Positions 53,471 to 54,922 of a DNA stretch of 54,922 nt are shown one piece after another. The notes under the pieces were generated by a model. The model did no database searches and was not told the origin of the DNA. It saw nothing but the letters and a program-made list of their open reading frames with translations. The translations under genes and the position numbers were made by a program. Source of the DNA: a virus. Lineage: Duplodnaviria > Caudoviricetes. The stretch is taken from the IMG/VR virus record IMGVR_UViG_3300049259_000054, positions 1-54,922 of that record; one strand, written 5' to 3'. Within the stretch, counting starts at the first letter, position 1. Each line of letters opens with the position of its first letter.

Positions 53471-53620
53471 TTATTCGTAGCTGCGGCACAGCGCCATTAT
53501 GTTCAAGGCGCCCCCGCAACCCGCCAGGGTCAGCAGCGCCGTGTTGTGGGTGATGAATAGCACGGCAAGCGCGATGATAATCGAGACCAGGTTAACTGCG
53601 CGGACCGCGGTTTTTGTCAT
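53471..53620 (-). CDS. Small membrane protein (49 aa, leaderless, not in the ORF track)
   Basis: MTKTAVRAVNLVSIIIALAVLFI...CRSYE*; ATG 6 nt after TATACT. Confidence 0.6.
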   Translation of the reverse strand: MTKTAVRAVNLVSIIIALAVLFITHNTALLTLAGCGGALNIMALCRSYE

Positions 53621-53640
53621 GGTTTAAGTATATCACAGGG

Positions 53641-53656
53641 CTTGCTTTTACGCAAG
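53641..53656 (-). promoter_or_regulatory. Operator plus promoter (TTGCGT-17-TATACT)
   Basis: cttgc ttttac gcaag. Confidence 0.85.
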
Positions 53657-54229
53657 GGCTGCGATGGTACGGATAGAATCGAAATACGGCCACACAACCG
53701 ACACCGCGACCAAACCCAACACCAACACCGGGTACACCGCCAAATACTCCACATCAGACCCCACCTGCAGCCGGAACCAACTGGGCGTAATCCAGATCCG
53801 GCACCCCCGCTCGTCCCGACCCGGGAACCAGAACACCGGCACCCCCGATTTCGTCGGCAGATCCCCCAGCAGGTGCGTAACCATCCCACCTAACACCACC
53901 GGACCGATCCACCACACCCAACCGGCCGCGAAAACGCCCACCTCAAGTAGCCCGCATACCGGCAGGATGAAAATCGCCATGTGCGAGATCCCCCGATGCT
54001 CCGGCAGACCCAACGCATGGGAGAAACGGCGGACCAACCAGGACAACACCCAACCCACCGGACCTAAACTGCGGGTGAATAAGCTCCGCGGCGTATCAAT
54101 ATCGGGGGAGTCGGCAGTCCAAGTCCACAACGCCGCCAACAACACCGCATCGCCACCATGCAGACCCGCCAGATGCGCAGCCGTCACCCCGACCAACGCA
54201 CCCGATATTAGGTGTCCAGGTCCCATCAC
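53648..54229 (-). CDS. YdjM-family membrane-bound metal-dependent hydrolase
   Basis: MG-x2-H, PDID-x-P-x-S, HRGISH, HLLGD-x2-T-x2-GVP; GTGA-coupled start. Confidence 0.85.
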   Translation of the reverse strand: MMGPGHLISGALVGVTAAHLAGLHGGDAVLLAALWTWTADSPDIDTPRSLFTRSLGPVGWVLSWLVRRFSHALGLPEHRGISHMAIFILPVCGLLEVGVFAAGWVWWIGPVVLGGMVTHLLGDLPTKSGVPVFWFPGRDERGCRIWITPSWFRLQVGSDVEYLAVYPVLVLGLVAVSVVWPYFDSIRTIAALA

Positions 54230-54483
54230 CGGCGCAATACCCAATCCAGCATATTCGGATGATCCCGCATCCAGGTGGTGTCCACCCACCTGCCCGCATT
54301 CGATGGCGTCGGGACAGAAGCCGGCATCCACACCTCTACCAGGGCGCCAGACCACCGTCCGAGAGCCAACACACAATTCGGATGGTCTGGGTGTCCTGGC
54401 GGCGGTGTGTGCGCGGTGATCTCCTCATCGATCACCAAGGGCGGATCATGCGACAGACAAATCAGCCTGTAAGTGCTACTCAC
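54226..54483 (-). CDS. Hypothetical protein
   Basis: Coupled between tra and the hydrolase; CLSHDP...HPNC. Confidence 0.65.
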   Translation of the reverse strand: MSSTYRLICLSHDPPLVIDEEITAHTPPPGHPDHPNCVLALGRWSGALVEVWMPASVPTPSNAGRWVDTTWMRDHPNMLDWVLRR

Positions 54484-54922
54484 CGCTGCTCCATTCGCGA
54501 TTGTAATCGGTCAACTGCTGCAGGGTGAACCTTTCCGGCTTACCCCCGTCGCCCAGCCACTCCTCCCCCCGCTGTGCATCCGTAGCCTTCCTGCGCCGCA
54601 ACGCCGAATAAGAAACCGACGGTTCCAACAGATCCAACCCATAATCATCGCTGACCTCACGAAGGCTGAACGTCGGCTCCTTCACCGCAGGCAGCTCCGC
54701 CGTCGCCGCACCAGAATGCGCCAACGCATCAGCGCGGGCCTGCGCAGGGTCGATCAACACCAACTGCGCCTCATCCGTGGATCCACCCTCAAGCAAGATC
54801 GCAGTACCCGGCGTCCGCTTCAACTTAGGAGCAGAAGCCTCCGGCCGTCCAGTGAACGACTTCCAAATCTTCGGATCGAACCGACACAGGACCACCACCC
54901 CGTACTGGCTGCGGGACGCCGT
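54476..54922 (-). CDS. 3' part of the Tra/FtsK-like translocase (continues from 1288-128), ending in a probable wHTH domain
   Basis: Same frame as the 1..1288 segment through the repeated 127 nt; C-terminal FSLREV...SYSALRRR. Confidence 0.8.
   Translation of the reverse strand, partial: TASRSQYGVVVLCRFDPKIWKSFTGRPEASAPKLKRTPGTAILLEGGSTDEAQLVLIDPAQARADALAHSGAATAELPAVKEPTFSLREVSDDYGLDLLEPSVSYSALRRRKATDAQRGEEWLGDGGKPERFTLQQLTDYNREWSSGE
54796..54922. repeat. Terminal direct repeat, copy of 1-127
   Basis: Exact match to the window start. Confidence 0.95.

Noticed and set aside
53648-54229. Candidate DatZ (HD phosphohydrolase)
   Set aside because: The His/Asp motifs lie in a multi-TM YdjM-type protein, not a soluble HD domain.
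54796-54922. 127-bp end repeat as a biological terminal repeat or att site
   Set aside because: It falls mid-gene and its length matches a common assembler k-mer, so it indicates circular closure only.

Overview
This window is an apparently complete, circularly closed, high-GC actinobacteriophage (siphovirus-type) genome of about 54.8 kb; bases 1-127 are repeated at 54796-54922. Most genes are on the minus strand. It has a full virion and lysis module (terminases, portal-MuF fusion, protease, HK97-type capsid, tail, tape measure with transglycosylase, GH19 endolysin). Replication functions include a prim-pol/SF3 helicase with an adjacent iteron origin, family A DNA polymerase, SSB, AAA ATPase, PD-(D/E)XK exonuclease, RuvC-like resolvase and SNF2-like helicase. 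The stand-out content is fourfold. (1) A predicted 2-aminoadenine (Z)-genome pathway: a PurZ0-type synthase, a neighbouring helical nucleotide-modification protein, an N-deoxyribosyltransferase-dUTPase fusion, a divergent PolA, and a phage-encoded adenylosuccinate lyase (PurB), a step normally borrowed from the host. No HD-domain DatZ was recognised. (2) An actinomycete-plasmid-type conjugation module (pIJ101-like Tra/FtsK ATPase spanning the contig junction and only partly captured by the ORF track, DUF2637/SpdA-like protein, small membrane proteins), with no recognisable integrase. (3) A glycosylation cassette (3 glycosyltransferases, sugar epimerase, SAM methyltransferase) placed among the replication genes. 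(4) About 18 copies of a palindromic (C/T/A)TTGC-N6-GCAA(G/A/T) site, mostly overlapping the -35 box of sigma70-type promoters, one of which drives a self-contained 15-codon peptide unit. All family calls come from motif recognition by eye; no database searches were run.
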